From: Candidatus Latescibacterota bacterium
Lineage (GTDB): Bacteria > Latescibacterota > UBA2968 > GCA-2709665
Length of the DNA: 64,000 nt
NCBI GenBank assembly: GCA_965219455.1
Contig: OZ244744.1
Span: forward strand, 3,488,001-3,552,000
Direction of reading: 5' to 3'
The position numbers and the translations under genes are program-made. The notes under the pieces are model-generated. The model saw only the letters and a list, made by a program, of their open reading frames with translations. It did not search any database and was not told where the DNA came from. Below are positions 46,988 to 56,822 of the stretch, piece after piece; positions within the stretch are counted from its first letter, which is position 1; every line of letters begins with the position of its first letter.

Positions 46988-48331
46988 ATGCGCGTTTCTC
47001 TTCGGGTTCTGGCGCTCGTTCTGCTTCTGCCGGCCCTGTGCCGGGCAGAAGGTTCGGTCTACGTCGTGCCGATTGAGGGTACCATTGAGCGAGGGCTCGC
47101 CGCATTTGTTTCGCGTGTGATGGATGACGCGGAGGCAGAGGGCGTGTCAGCGGTGATCTTTGAAATTGACACCCCTGGCGGCGCGCTGGACGCGGCCCTG
47201 GTCATCCGGGACGCGATTCTTTACAGCGACGTGAAAACCATTGCCTTCATCAATCCCCGGGCAATTTCGGCCGGCGCGTTGATTTCACTGGCCACCCGGC
47301 ATATCGTCATGGTCGACGGTGGAACCATCGGTGCGGCTACGGCCGTGGATATGCAGGGCAAGAAGGCAAGTGAAAAGGTAATTTCGTATTTTCGCAACGA
47401 GATGAAGGCAACGGCCGAGAAGACGGGCCGCCCCCCTGAACTGGCCGAGGCGATGGTCGACGAAGACGTGGATATTGCGGATCTCGCGCCTAAAGGAAAG
47501 CTGCTCACGCTCACCACATCCGAGGCGGTTGAAAAAAAGATCGCGGAATTCCGGATTTCGGAAACAGGCGAGAGTGAAAAACTTCAGGCCCTGCTGTCAT
47601 ATTATGATTTGAACGGGACACGCATAACGCACCAGTCGGTGAACTGGTCGGAGCAGGTCGTACGATGGCTGACGCACCCCTATGTGGCGTCGCTGCTCAT
47701 GTCTCTCGGATTTCTGGGGTTGATTTTTGAGATCCAGAGCCCGGGTTGGGGCGTCGGCGGCACCCTGGGGTTGATCTGTCTGGGTCTGTTTTTTGGCAGC
47801 CATTTGCTGGTGAAGCTGGCGGACTGGACGGAAGTGCTGCTTTTTCTTGTCGGGTTGATCCTTTTGCTCACCGACCTGTTTTTCGTTGCCGGATTCGGTG
47901 TGCTGGCCATCCCGGGAGCGGTCTTGATGTTCGCCGGTATGTTTCTGAGTCTGATGGGGCGCCCGGAACTGTGGACCTGGCAGTCCGTGGGCAGTGGAGC
48001 CCGGCCCCTGTTGCTGGCGCTTATAACCACCGTTGTGATCGCCTGTGTGATGTTGAAAATGCTGCCGCGCACGTCTGCATGGAACTGGCTTGTACTCCAT
48101 GAAGAAGAACGTAGCGAGGCGGGTTATATAGCCACCGGACAACACGATGCACTCGTGGGCAAGGAGGGCGTGGCTTTTACTCAGCTACGGCCCTCCGGTA
48201 CGGGCCTGATCGACGGGCGCCGGGTCAACGTGGCGGCCGATGGCGAATTTATCGAAAAGGATAGCCCGATCACGGTGGTCGAGGTCGAAGGCAACCGGAT
48301 TGTGGTTCGCAAGACCGAGGAGACGGGATAA
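46988..48331 (+). CDS. nfeD: NfeD family membrane-bound ClpP-like protease (YqeZ-like)
   Basis: IDTPGG, AISAGALI, TM domain, C-terminal OB fold LRPSGT. Confidence 0.92.
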   Translation: MRVSLRVLALVLLLPALCRAEGSVYVVPIEGTIERGLAAFVSRVMDDAEAEGVSAVIFEIDTPGGALDAALVIRDAILYSDVKTIAFINPRAISAGALISLATRHIVMVDGGTIGAATAVDMQGKKASEKVISYFRNEMKATAEKTGRPPELAEAMVDEDVDIADLAPKGKLLTLTTSEAVEKKIAEFRISETGESEKLQALLSYYDLNGTRITHQSVNWSEQVVRWLTHPYVASLLMSLGFLGLIFEIQSPGWGVGGTLGLICLGLFFGSHLLVKLADWTEVLLFLVGLILLLTDLFFVAGFGVLAIPGAVLMFAGMFLSLMGRPELWTWQSVGSGARPLLLALITTVVIACVMLKMLPRTSAWNWLVLHEEERSEAGYIATGQHDALVGKEGVAFTQLRPSGTGLIDGRRVNVAADGEFIEKDSPITVVEVEGNRIVVRKTEETG

Positions 48332-48678
48332 TGGTCGAAGGAATTGCGATTCTGATCGTGTTTGTCGTCGCGGTCGCGGTTCTGTTGTGGAAATGGTTTG
48401 TGCTTATTGCAGACGAGCGGACCGAAGCAGGTTACATAGCCACAGGAAAACACGACGCGCTTGTGGGCAAAGAGGGTGTGGCCCATACACCGCTGCGGCC
48501 CTCGGGCACCGGCCTGATCGACGGGCGCCGGGTCAACGTGGCCGCCGACGGCGAGTTTATCGAAAAGGATAGCCCGATCAGGGTGATCGAGGTTGAAGGC
48601 AACCGGATTGTGGTTTGTAAAGCGGAGGACGCCGGTAGGACGCGACCTCGGTTGAGCCGGACCGGTTCAATCGGCTGA
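48331..48678 (+). CDS. Short NfeD C-terminal (OB-fold) protein from tandem duplication
   Basis: One TM helix followed by a near-identical copy of the last ~70 aa of the upstream NfeD. Confidence 0.85.
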   Translation: MVEGIAILIVFVVAVAVLLWKWFVLIADERTEAGYIATGKHDALVGKEGVAHTPLRPSGTGLIDGRRVNVAADGEFIEKDSPIRVIEVEGNRIVVCKAEDAGRTRPRLSRTGSIG

Positions 48679-48699
48679 AGATAAAAGGGGAGTCTTGAT

Positions 48700-49698
48700 A
48701 TGGTCGATGCAGTTTTGCTTTTGATCATTGTTGTCGCAGTAATCGTCGCACTGTTTCTGTTCTTTTATTTTATTCCGTTCGGGCTGTGGATCTCGGCCCT
48801 TGCGGCCCGCGTCCGGATCGGTATCGGCGAACTGGTGGGGATGCGGCTGCGCCGCGTTTCCCCGCGACTTATCCTGGGAGCTCAGATCAGCGCAACCAAG
48901 GCCGGGCTGACGATCCCGACTTCCTTCCTGGAAGCGCATTTTCTGTCGGGAGGGCACGTGGAGAACGTGATCACTGCCCTGATCGCGGCGGACAAAGCCG
49001 GGATCAACCTTACCACGGAGCGTGCCGCGGCCATCGACCTTGCCGGCCGTAACGTGCTCGAGGCCGTACAGGTCAGCGTCAATCCCAAAGTGATTTCCAC
49101 CCCAATGGTCACGGCCGTGGCCAAAGATGGCATCCAGGTCAAGGCAACGTCCAGGGTCACCGTGCGCGCCAACATCGATCGGTTGGTCGGCGGCGCCGGT
49201 GAGGAGACGATAGTCGCGCGGGTCGGCGAAGGGATCGTGACAACAATCGGTTCCTCGGTAACACACAAGGCCGTGCTGGAGAATCCGGATCTGATTTCAA
49301 AGACAGTGTTGGGGAAAGGGTTGGATTCGGGTACGGCGTATGAGATCCTTTCTATTGATATCGCCGACGTCGACGTGGGAGACAATATCGGCGCGAAACT
49401 CCAGACAGACCAGGCGGAGGCCGATCTGAAGATCGCACGGGCGAAGGCAGAAGAACGGCGTGCGATGGCCGTCGCCCACGAGCAGGAGATGAGCGCGCGG
49501 GTGGTGGAGATGCGGGCCAGGGTGGTGGAGGCCGAGGCCGAGGTGCCACGGGCGATGGCCGAGGCGTTCCGAAGCGGCAATATGGGCGTGATGGATTATT
49601 ATCGGATGCAGAATATCCAGGCGGATACCTCGATGCGCGAGGGAATCGCCGACACTCCGGAGAGTCCTGAATCCGAACAGGACCGGGGAGAGTCGTAA
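48700..49698 (+). CDS. floA: Flotillin-like protein FloA (YqfA)
   Basis: [41 protein letters not shown]. Confidence 0.95.
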   Translation: MVDAVLLLIIVVAVIVALFLFFYFIPFGLWISALAARVRIGIGELVGMRLRRVSPRLILGAQISATKAGLTIPTSFLEAHFLSGGHVENVITALIAADKAGINLTTERAAAIDLAGRNVLEAVQVSVNPKVISTPMVTAVAKDGIQVKATSRVTVRANIDRLVGGAGEETIVARVGEGIVTTIGSSVTHKAVLENPDLISKTVLGKGLDSGTAYEILSIDIADVDVGDNIGAKLQTDQAEADLKIARAKAEERRAMAVAHEQEMSARVVEMRARVVEAEAEVPRAMAEAFRSGNMGVMDYYRMQNIQADTSMREGIADTPESPESEQDRGES

Positions 49699-49701
49699 GC
49701 C

Positions 49702-50295
49702 ATGGGTTTCGAACTCACCATTATTCTGCTGGTGGTCATCAGTGTGATTTCCGCGCTGATCAATAAAGTCCTGGAAGCGCGTCGCCGCCGGGAGCTCGAT
49801 GAAGAAGACCGCGGGTTTTCGCCGGTTGGCAGGCATGGCGTGGACACGGTACCCGTTGCGGGGGACGTCGATTCACCGGAGGAGGATGTATTCCGGGAGC
49901 CTCAATCGGGCGGCGAATTTCGAGAGGTAAGGGGTACGCGCCGGGTGAGCGAGGCGCCCACGGGAGACGAGTTTCGGGAAGTAAGAGGCGCGCGCCCCGT
50001 GAGTGAAGCGTACAAAGGGGAGGAATTCCGGGAGGTGGATATCGTCCGGCCGGACGAAGAGCGCTACGGTGGGATGATAAGCGAAAGCGCACCGGTTGAT
50101 CGACCCGGCGCCGGGGCTGAATCTGCGGCGGAAGACGAAAAGGGCGGCGCGCAGGAAGTCCTCCCATCGTCTCCGGTTTCCCGCCGCCGAACCGGCCGGC
50201 GAAAGATCGATCTTGATTTCAAGCCGCAAACGGTCCGCAAGGCGATTATCTACCAGGAGATTCTGGGGCCGCCCGTGGCGGATCGGATGCGGTAG
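49702..50295 (+). CDS. YqfB-like membrane-anchored protein with 18-aa repeats
   Basis: N-terminal TM; C-terminal AIIYQEILGPP; follows floA. Confidence 0.7.
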   Translation: MGFELTIILLVVISVISALINKVLEARRRRELDEEDRGFSPVGRHGVDTVPVAGDVDSPEEDVFREPQSGGEFREVRGTRRVSEAPTGDEFREVRGARPVSEAYKGEEFREVDIVRPDEERYGGMISESAPVDRPGAGAESAAEDEKGGAQEVLPSSPVSRRRTGRRKIDLDFKPQTVRKAIIYQEILGPPVADRMR

Positions 50296-50420
50296 CGCTC
50301 CGCACTTCCGTCCCGCCTGCCATTTTCGATACCCTCAACAAAGGCGGCAAATAAAGCGCCTGTTTTCTCTTGACACGCTCGGCGGGTATGGGGATATTTA
50401 TTGATCCTGAGTTCAAGGTC

Positions 50421-50507
50421 GCCGAAGTGGTGGAACTGGTAGACGCGCTGGACTCAAAATCCAGTGGGCGCAAGCCCGTGTGGGTTCGAGTCCCACCTTC
50501 GGCACCA
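50421..50507 (+). tRNA. tRNA-Leu (CAA)
   Basis: GCCGAAGTGGTGGAACTGGTAGACGCGCTGGACTCAAAATCCAG, long variable arm, GGTTCGAGTCCC, CCA end. Confidence 0.97.
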
Positions 50508-50517
50508 GAATAAAATG

Positions 50518-50548
50518 GGCACCTGCGAATGCGGGTGCCTTCTTTTTC
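50518..50548 (+). terminator. Intrinsic terminator after tRNA-Leu
   Basis: GGCACCTGC-GAAT-GCGGGTGCC followed by TTCTTTTT. Confidence 0.8.
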
Positions 50549-50702
50549 GGGGATTATAGCCGATACTCACACGAAGCCGATGTCAGCCAAGCGCCGTGCC
50601 AGGTTCCTTCCATCAGCATGACGTTCCCAACCGGAGGAAAAAGCGGCACATCGGCGTGGCCGCATTGAATGCAAGTTCGAAGATTTCGATGTGGAGTTGT
50701 AC

Positions 50703-51011
50703 TCAGTTTTCTCGCGCTTCTATCGAAAGCCTGAATCCCAATCCATGCAGAATTTCGCCCATCGTGTTGAGCCGCGGATTCCCATTCTTGGAAAGGGCTT
50801 TGTAAAGTCCCTCACGAGTCAGGCTGACCCGCTCGGCCAACTTAGACATACCGCCCTGCGCCTCTGCAACGTCTCTAACTGCCAGTAAGAACGCTTCCAT
50901 ATCCCCGGTTATCTCATAATCGTCAAGCGCAACGGAAAGATATACCTTCGCGTCCTCCGGATCGCGTAGCTGCTCAATATGATAGTCTTTGAAGTTTCTA
51001 TAGTCACTCAT
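50703..51011 (-). CDS. Addiction module antidote (HTH)
   Basis: VAEAQGGMSKLAE...REGLYKALSKNGNP-L. Confidence 0.92.
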   Translation of the reverse strand: MSDYRNFKDYHIEQLRDPEDAKVYLSVALDDYEITGDMEAFLLAVRDVAEAQGGMSKLAERVSLTREGLYKALSKNGNPRLNTMGEILHGLGFRLSIEAREN

Positions 51012-51334
51012 TCTTGCTCCCTTGAACTATGCTCTTTCCAGTCTGCTTTTGCCTTTCCAATATCCCGACTTTGCGAACCTTTTTCACCTCCTCGCAATAG
51101 CAAAATGGCATCGTCTGTTATTCTGCCAAAATAAACCCGGTATCCTGCTCCAAACTGAAGCCGAAATTCAAAGACACCATCTCCCACTGAGCGATAATCA
51201 CCTAAATTCCCAGTCTCTTCAACTCGCCTCAGACGACTTCGGATTCTGGCAACCGTCACTTTGTCCTTGATAGGAGAAAGCCATTCTGCAAAAGGCTCAA
51301 TGCCATTGGGACTTTGATAGATCTTGATCTCCAC
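51008..51334 (-). CDS. RelE/ParE-family addiction module toxin
   Basis: PF-EWL, GNLGD-VGDGVFEFR-FGAGYRVYF, SQSRDI. Confidence 0.92.
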   Translation of the reverse strand: MEIKIYQSPNGIEPFAEWLSPIKDKVTVARIRSRLRRVEETGNLGDYRSVGDGVFEFRLQFGAGYRVYFGRITDDAILLLRGGEKGSQSRDIGKAKADWKEHSSREQE

Positions 51335-51658
51335 AATACAATTGTAAACTGTAATTCACAAAATGTCAATTCCAACAATACGGCAACCCCAGCCGCAGGT
51401 CCCACCGGCATTTGTATTCAATTTTACTTCACAGGCGTTCGATAGATTGTAGATACCCCTGTTTATCCGTCGGTTTTAAGCTTGGGTGTCAAGCCCATCA
51501 TTGATGTTTTTTCCGCAGGTTGTGGATTTGTGGTACCACAACGCTGAATCCCTGCCTGCGTCGCTTGCCTGTTGGCCGAGAGGCGCTATGCCCGACAGGC
51601 AGGCCTGGAAAAAAGGGTTATGACCGCATAGGCAAATTGATTTATACGCGCGAAAATC

Positions 51659-51687
51659 TGAAACCTTCCCGCCCGGAGCGCGTCTAA
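51659..51687 (+). promoter_or_regulatory. Candidate SigW/SigM-like ECF promoter
   Basis: TGAAAC-N16-CGTCTAA about 265 bp upstream of the ABC exporter. Confidence 0.45.
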
Positions 51688-51951
51688 GCGGATACAACCA
51701 TGCTGCATCCCTCCCGAAAGACGCCGATCGTACCCCGTACGGCCGGCGTCTTTTTGCTTTCATAAGAGACCTGGCACCCGATACAACCGCATCTCGCCGC
51801 CCCGGTTTCATTCAACCGCCGGGAAAGTCCTGTTGCGCGCCCTTCCCCGTGCTCGTATTTTATGCCCTTTCAAGGTGTGGGTTCTCAGCCTTCGGTAACA
51901 TATAATAGCCCGCACTTTCCGCAACTCTTCGGATCAGTCCGGGAGAATCAT

Positions 51952-52869
51952 ATGCGCAGGATTGTGCTCCAGCAGGTCACGAAAACCTTCGAAGGCGTCC
52001 GGGCGGTGGATGGGTTGGATCTCGACATCGCGGCCGGCGAGATTTTCGGTTTGCTGGGTCCTAACGGCGCCGGCAAGACCACGACGATTCGTACGATCCT
52101 GGGGATTTATGCGCCGGATTCGGGTAAGATCGATTATGGCAACGGCGGAACGGGACTCTCGAAGGACAGGGTGGGATATCTTCCCGAGGAGCGAGGGCTG
52201 TATCCCAAAATGCGGGTCATGGATCTGCTGGTGTTTCTTGGGGAGATGAAGTCGCTCTCCCGGACGGAAGCGGCCGCCCGCGCGGGAGAATGGCTGGAAC
52301 GGTTGGACCTGGCGGAATGGTCCAACCGACCCGTGGATCAGTTGTCCAAGGGTATGCAACAGAAGCTGCAATTTATCGCGACTATACTTCACGATCCCGA
52401 CATACTGATTCTTGACGAGCCCTTCAGCGGGCTGGACCCGATCAATGCGGCGGTCCTGAAGGAGAATTTGCAGACCTTGAAGCGTGACGGCAAGATCCTC
52501 ATTTTCTCCACTCATCAGATGGAGGATGCGGAAGCGCTTTGCGACCGGATCTGCCTGATCAACCATGGGAAAAAGGTACTGGACGGCACCGTACCGGAAT
52601 TGAAGTCCCTATATACAAGAAACCGGTTGCGTATTGCTTTTCAGGGGAGTGACGATTTTCTCAAGAACACGAAGCTGGTTCGGCGCGCAGAGCATCGGGG
52701 GAATCACGTGGAGATCGAACTCCAAACCGGCGCCGACTCTGCCGACCTGCTTCGAAATGCACTGTCCGGTGCTCGGATCCACCGGTTCGAAGTCTCGGAG
52801 CCGTCTCTAAGAGATATTTTCGTGATGGCTGTACGCGGCGAAGAATCCGGGGACGGCCAGAATGAATAA
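51952..52869 (+). CDS. ABC-2 exporter ATP-binding subunit
   Basis: GPNGAGKT, GYLPEERGLY, LSKGMQQK, ILDEPFSGLDP. Confidence 0.93.
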   Translation: MRRIVLQQVTKTFEGVRAVDGLDLDIAAGEIFGLLGPNGAGKTTTIRTILGIYAPDSGKIDYGNGGTGLSKDRVGYLPEERGLYPKMRVMDLLVFLGEMKSLSRTEAAARAGEWLERLDLAEWSNRPVDQLSKGMQQKLQFIATILHDPDILILDEPFSGLDPINAAVLKENLQTLKRDGKILIFSTHQMEDAEALCDRICLINHGKKVLDGTVPELKSLYTRNRLRIAFQGSDDFLKNTKLVRRAEHRGNHVEIELQTGADSADLLRNALSGARIHRFEVSEPSLRDIFVMAVRGEESGDGQNE

Positions 52870-54118
52870 GACACTGACGATCGTCCGGCGGGAATTTATC
52901 GAGATTGTACGCAAGAAGAGTTTCCTGATCGGGCTGTTTCTGGTGCCGGTTTTTGTCGTGGCGAGCATCCTGGTTCCTGTCTTTCTGGCGCAGGTCGACG
53001 TCGACAAACAAAAGCGTGTGGCCGTGGTCGACCAGACTGGAATCCTGTACCGGCCACTCGAGTCGCGCCTTGACGAAAGACTTCAGGATGGCCGGTTGGA
53101 ATATCTGCTGCAGGAAGTGTCGCCCGGCCCTGACCTGGAAACCACACGGCGGCAACTGACTGATGAGATCAATGGCAACAGGCTGGACGCCTACCTGGTG
53201 GTGCCGCCAGACGTTTTTGAGAAGGGCGCGGCCGGATTTTACGGTAAAAATGTGAGCGATATCCGCAAGGTCGGGCGATTGCGGAGCGCGTTGACACATG
53301 TCGTGGTTGCCCACCGGCTTGCAGAGCGGGGGCTGGACCCCGAAGCGGTGAGAAAATGGACCCGGCGGGTGCAGATGAAGACGGTGAAAATTGTAAAGGG
53401 AAAGGAGAAGAAAAGCGGCTTTGCCAGGGAATATTTCTCATCGTTTGCTTTCGCCATGTTGCTGTATCTGGTAACCATCGTATATGGAATCATGGTCATG
53501 CGCGGCGTCCTGGAGGAGAAGTCCACCCGCATGGTGGAGGTGATGCTTTCGTCGGTCGATCCCTTGCAGATGATGGCCGGCAAGATTCTGGGCATTGGTG
53601 CCGCCAGTCTGGTTCAGGTCACGGTCTGGATCGGTGTGGGTCTGCTGGCCTCCGCATACGGCAGGATGGCGTACGGGCCGAACCTGCCGTTTGCGATCGA
53701 ATCGGGCATGATGGTTTACTTCGGTGTCTATTTTGTCCTGGGTTATTTTCTGTACGCCACACTCTATGCAATTATCGGCGCTATTTGCGACACCGAACAG
53801 GATGCACAGCACCTGCAAATCCTCGTCATTGTGCCAATGATCCTTTCGCTGCTTGTAATGACGTTTATCACCCGGCAGCCCAACGCCACCCCATCCGTGG
53901 TGATGTCGCTGATTCCGTTTTTTTCTCCCATGATCATGATTGTGCGGATCAACGTCCACACGCCTCCGTGGATTGAAATCGCGGCGTCGGTTTTGATTCT
54001 GATCGCAACCATTGCCGGCGTGATGTGGGCCGCCGCGCGGATCTACCGGATCGGGATCCTGATGCGGGGCAAACGGGCGACCCTTTCGGAGATGATCCGG
54101 TGGATTCGGTATGGTTAG
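52862..54118 (+). CDS. ABC-2 exporter permease (NatB-like)
   Basis: EEKSTRMVEVMLSS, GKILG, multiple TM helices. Confidence 0.92.
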   Translation: MNKTLTIVRREFIEIVRKKSFLIGLFLVPVFVVASILVPVFLAQVDVDKQKRVAVVDQTGILYRPLESRLDERLQDGRLEYLLQEVSPGPDLETTRRQLTDEINGNRLDAYLVVPPDVFEKGAAGFYGKNVSDIRKVGRLRSALTHVVVAHRLAERGLDPEAVRKWTRRVQMKTVKIVKGKEKKSGFAREYFSSFAFAMLLYLVTIVYGIMVMRGVLEEKSTRMVEVMLSSVDPLQMMAGKILGIGAASLVQVTVWIGVGLLASAYGRMAYGPNLPFAIESGMMVYFGVYFVLGYFLYATLYAIIGAICDTEQDAQHLQILVIVPMILSLLVMTFITRQPNATPSVVMSLIPFFSPMIMIVRINVHTPPWIEIAASVLILIATIAGVMWAAARIYRIGILMRGKRATLSEMIRWIRYG

Positions 54119-54222
54119 CGTTCTGTCCCGGAAATAGATTGCCGAAATTCGGCCGTCGAGTCCACCGGCTGGCAACGTAGAGAGACGGGATGAATCGGCG
54201 GATGGACTTTTTCAACGGGCTG
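54119..54222. repeat. Composite intergenic repeat: 8033-type repeat plus MITE end
   Basis: GTCCCGGAAATAGATTGCCG at the left; GGATGGACTTTTTCAACGGGCTG|CTAA at 54200-54226. Confidence 0.75.
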
Positions 54223-54235
54223 CTAAGGAGGAACA

Positions 54236-55000
54236 ATGTCAAACCTGATTGCGTGCAACCTGAACAGCTATCGACAGTATCGGGACGGGGCGTACGAGCA
54301 TCTTTCGCGGATCGGTCTGACCAACGTGGAGATTCCATGCCCCGAGCCCGGGGAAGCGGGTGCGGCGCAGCTTGAACTGAACCGTTTCGGACTGTGTCCG
54401 TCAAGTCTCATCATTCGCTGTCAGATGCACGCCGACGACGCGGTCCAGCGATTCGTGCACTCCCTGAATACCGTCGCTGAGATGGGTGTAGCCCTGGTGT
54501 TCACCAGTGTAAAGACCGGAGGTATAGACCGGGATTTTGTCTACGGAAGATTGCAGGACATCGGCGATGCCGCCGCTGAACGCGGGATTGTCGTTGCCAT
54601 GGAAACCCATCCGGACCTGGTTACGAATGCCGACGTGGCGCTGGAGACGATGCGGTGCGTGAATCATCCCAATATCCGGATAAATTTCGATACGGCCAAC
54701 GTCCATTACTACAATGAAGGCGTGGATGCGGTCGAGCAGTTTCGAAGGGTGTCCCACGCAGTGGCCGCCGTGCATTTGAAGGAAACGAACGGCGCCTTTC
54801 AGACCTGGCATTTTCCCGCACTTGGAGAGGGGATTGTGGATTTTCCCTCAATTTTTGAGATATTTGCCAGCCAGGGACGCAACGGGCCCTACACGCTCGA
54901 ACTGGAGGGGATCAGGGGCGAATCGCTGACGCGGAAGGACGTGGAACGAAGGATCGAGCAGTCGCTGGACTACCTTCGCGCCCGCGGGCTGGCGGACTGA
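54236..55000 (+). CDS. Sugar phosphate isomerase/epimerase
   Basis: METH, NFDTAN, VHLKE, LGEGIVDF, TLELE. Confidence 0.87.
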   Translation: MSNLIACNLNSYRQYRDGAYEHLSRIGLTNVEIPCPEPGEAGAAQLELNRFGLCPSSLIIRCQMHADDAVQRFVHSLNTVAEMGVALVFTSVKTGGIDRDFVYGRLQDIGDAAAERGIVVAMETHPDLVTNADVALETMRCVNHPNIRINFDTANVHYYNEGVDAVEQFRRVSHAVAAVHLKETNGAFQTWHFPALGEGIVDFPSIFEIFASQGRNGPYTLELEGIRGESLTRKDVERRIEQSLDYLRARGLAD

Positions 55001-55010
55001 GGCGGCTTCC

Positions 55011-55973
55011 ATGATTCTTGCGGTGGATATCGGCGGCACCAATTTCAGTCTGGCATTGGGAACGTCCGACGGTCGTATTCTAAAACGGATCACCCGTTCC
55101 ACCGATCGCTCCGGCGGCGCCCAATGGATGATCGAGCGAATTCTCAAAGAGGGGCGCCGGTTGCTTGCGTCGTTCCCGGGAGAAGTATCGGCGTGCGGAA
55201 TCAGTTTTGGTGGCCCCGTGGATTTCGACGCCCAGCGGATCGTCAATTCCACGCACGTGTCGGGTTGGGACAACCTGGCGATTCCGGAGGCGATTCAACG
55301 GGGTCTCGGGGTGCCGGCAATTGTGGATAACGATGCCAACGTTGGCGCGCTGGGCGAATTCACGTTCGGAGCGGGCAGGGGCTGCCGACACCTGATCTAT
55401 TACAATATCGGCACGGGTATTGGCGCCGGAATCATCATCGAAAAGGAGATTTACCGCGGCGCCAACGGCAACGCGGGCGAACTCGGGCACGTGCCGGTTC
55501 TTGTCGATGGCCCCCTTTGCGATTGCGGAAATCGGGGGTGTCTCGAAGCCCTTTGTTCAGGCTCGGCCATCGGCCGCCGCGGGGAAGAGGCGGTGAGCAG
55601 GCAGCCTCAAAGGGGCCGCGGGATCCGGAAGGCGGCGGGAGGTCCGATTACGTCCAAAGCGGTCTTCGATGCCGCGCGGACCGGAAACGGGCTGGCGCTG
55701 GAACTGGTGAATGAGACGTGCCGATATCTGGGCATGGGAATGGCGGCCGCCATGAATGCGCTTGCGCCCGAAGCCATTGTGATCGGCGGCAGCGTGGCCA
55801 AAGCCGGCAACGTGCTGCTGGAGCCGCTGCGCGAACAGGCGGATCGGTTCCTGATGCCCGTGCACCGGCCCCACCTGAGAATTCTTCCCGCCCGGCTGAA
55901 AGGCAATTCGGGCCTGTTGGGCGCAGTTGCTCTGGCCGCGACGTTGAGGCGTAAAAACGAGCTCGTGCCCTAG
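55011..55973 (+). CDS. ROK family kinase
   Basis: DIGGT, NDAN-ALGE, GTGIG, GELGH, CDCGNRGCLE. Confidence 0.93.
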   Translation: MILAVDIGGTNFSLALGTSDGRILKRITRSTDRSGGAQWMIERILKEGRRLLASFPGEVSACGISFGGPVDFDAQRIVNSTHVSGWDNLAIPEAIQRGLGVPAIVDNDANVGALGEFTFGAGRGCRHLIYYNIGTGIGAGIIIEKEIYRGANGNAGELGHVPVLVDGPLCDCGNRGCLEALCSGSAIGRRGEEAVSRQPQRGRGIRKAAGGPITSKAVFDAARTGNGLALELVNETCRYLGMGMAAAMNALAPEAIVIGGSVAKAGNVLLEPLREQADRFLMPVHRPHLRILPARLKGNSGLLGAVALAATLRRKNELVP

Positions 55974-56047
55974 CGGGGTTGCGCCTCGCGTCTGCTTGCG
56001 CGCTGAGGGCGGGCCAAACGAGACGTCGATTACCCAAAGATAATCTC

Positions 56048-56707
56048 ATGAGTCGCGACGCAGTGCCGGAAATCGAAGGGGGATTGACGTACGATCCTGA
56101 AGAAGCGGTTGCGGCGCTTTCAAGGGTGGACCCCGCGCTGGGAGGTTTGATGGAACGCGCCGGCCCCTGCCTGCTGGAGGCGCGGACGCCGCACCATCCG
56201 TTCAGGGCGTTGACGCGCTCGATAATCCACCAGCAGCTTTCGGGAAAGGCAGCCGGGGCGATCTACGGCCGCGTTCTGGGTTTGTTTCCTCAAGAAACAC
56301 ATCCTGAGCCGGAACAGATATTGGCTGTACCCGACGACGCGTTCCGCGGTGCGGGGATGTCCCGGGCCAAGGTGGCGGCCGTGAAAGACCTTGCCGAAAA
56401 GACGCTCGAGGGCGCGGTTCCATCGGGGCGGCGGCTGAATGGGATGTCCGACGACGAGATCATCCGGCGCTTCACCCGCGTCCGGGGGGTGGGGGAATGG
56501 ACCGTGCAGATGATGTTGATATTCGATCTGGGCCGGGCGGACGTGCTGCCGGTTAAAGACCTGGGGGTAAGAAAGGGGTTTATGCTCACCTACGGGTTGA
56601 GCGGGCTGCCCGATGCTGCAGGCCTGTTGGAACACGGTGAACGTTGGCGTCCATACCGGTCGGTGGCAAGCTGGTATCTCTGGCGGGCCGTGGAACTGGA
56701 TGGATGA
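56048..56707 (+). CDS. DNA-3-methyladenine glycosylase II (AlkA/HhH-GPD)
   Basis: QQLS-KAA, VRGVGEWT, DLGVRKG, WRPYRS. Confidence 0.92.
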   Translation: MSRDAVPEIEGGLTYDPEEAVAALSRVDPALGGLMERAGPCLLEARTPHHPFRALTRSIIHQQLSGKAAGAIYGRVLGLFPQETHPEPEQILAVPDDAFRGAGMSRAKVAAVKDLAEKTLEGAVPSGRRLNGMSDDEIIRRFTRVRGVGEWTVQMMLIFDLGRADVLPVKDLGVRKGFMLTYGLSGLPDAAGLLEHGERWRPYRSVASWYLWRAVELDG

Positions 56708-56822
56708 GGAATCCGGAGCCGACGGAACCCGACCGGGCGAATGAAGTCCGGCTGTGCATTGTGACAGGGGAGATGGACCGGAACGTCGAATCGCCGAAAA
56801 TTGAACCGGAAGAGGAGATTTC

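Noticed and set aside
50508-51400. Integrative element at tRNA-Leu or tRNA-Met
   Set aside because: No integrase and no duplicated tRNA 3' end found; only a small TA islet.
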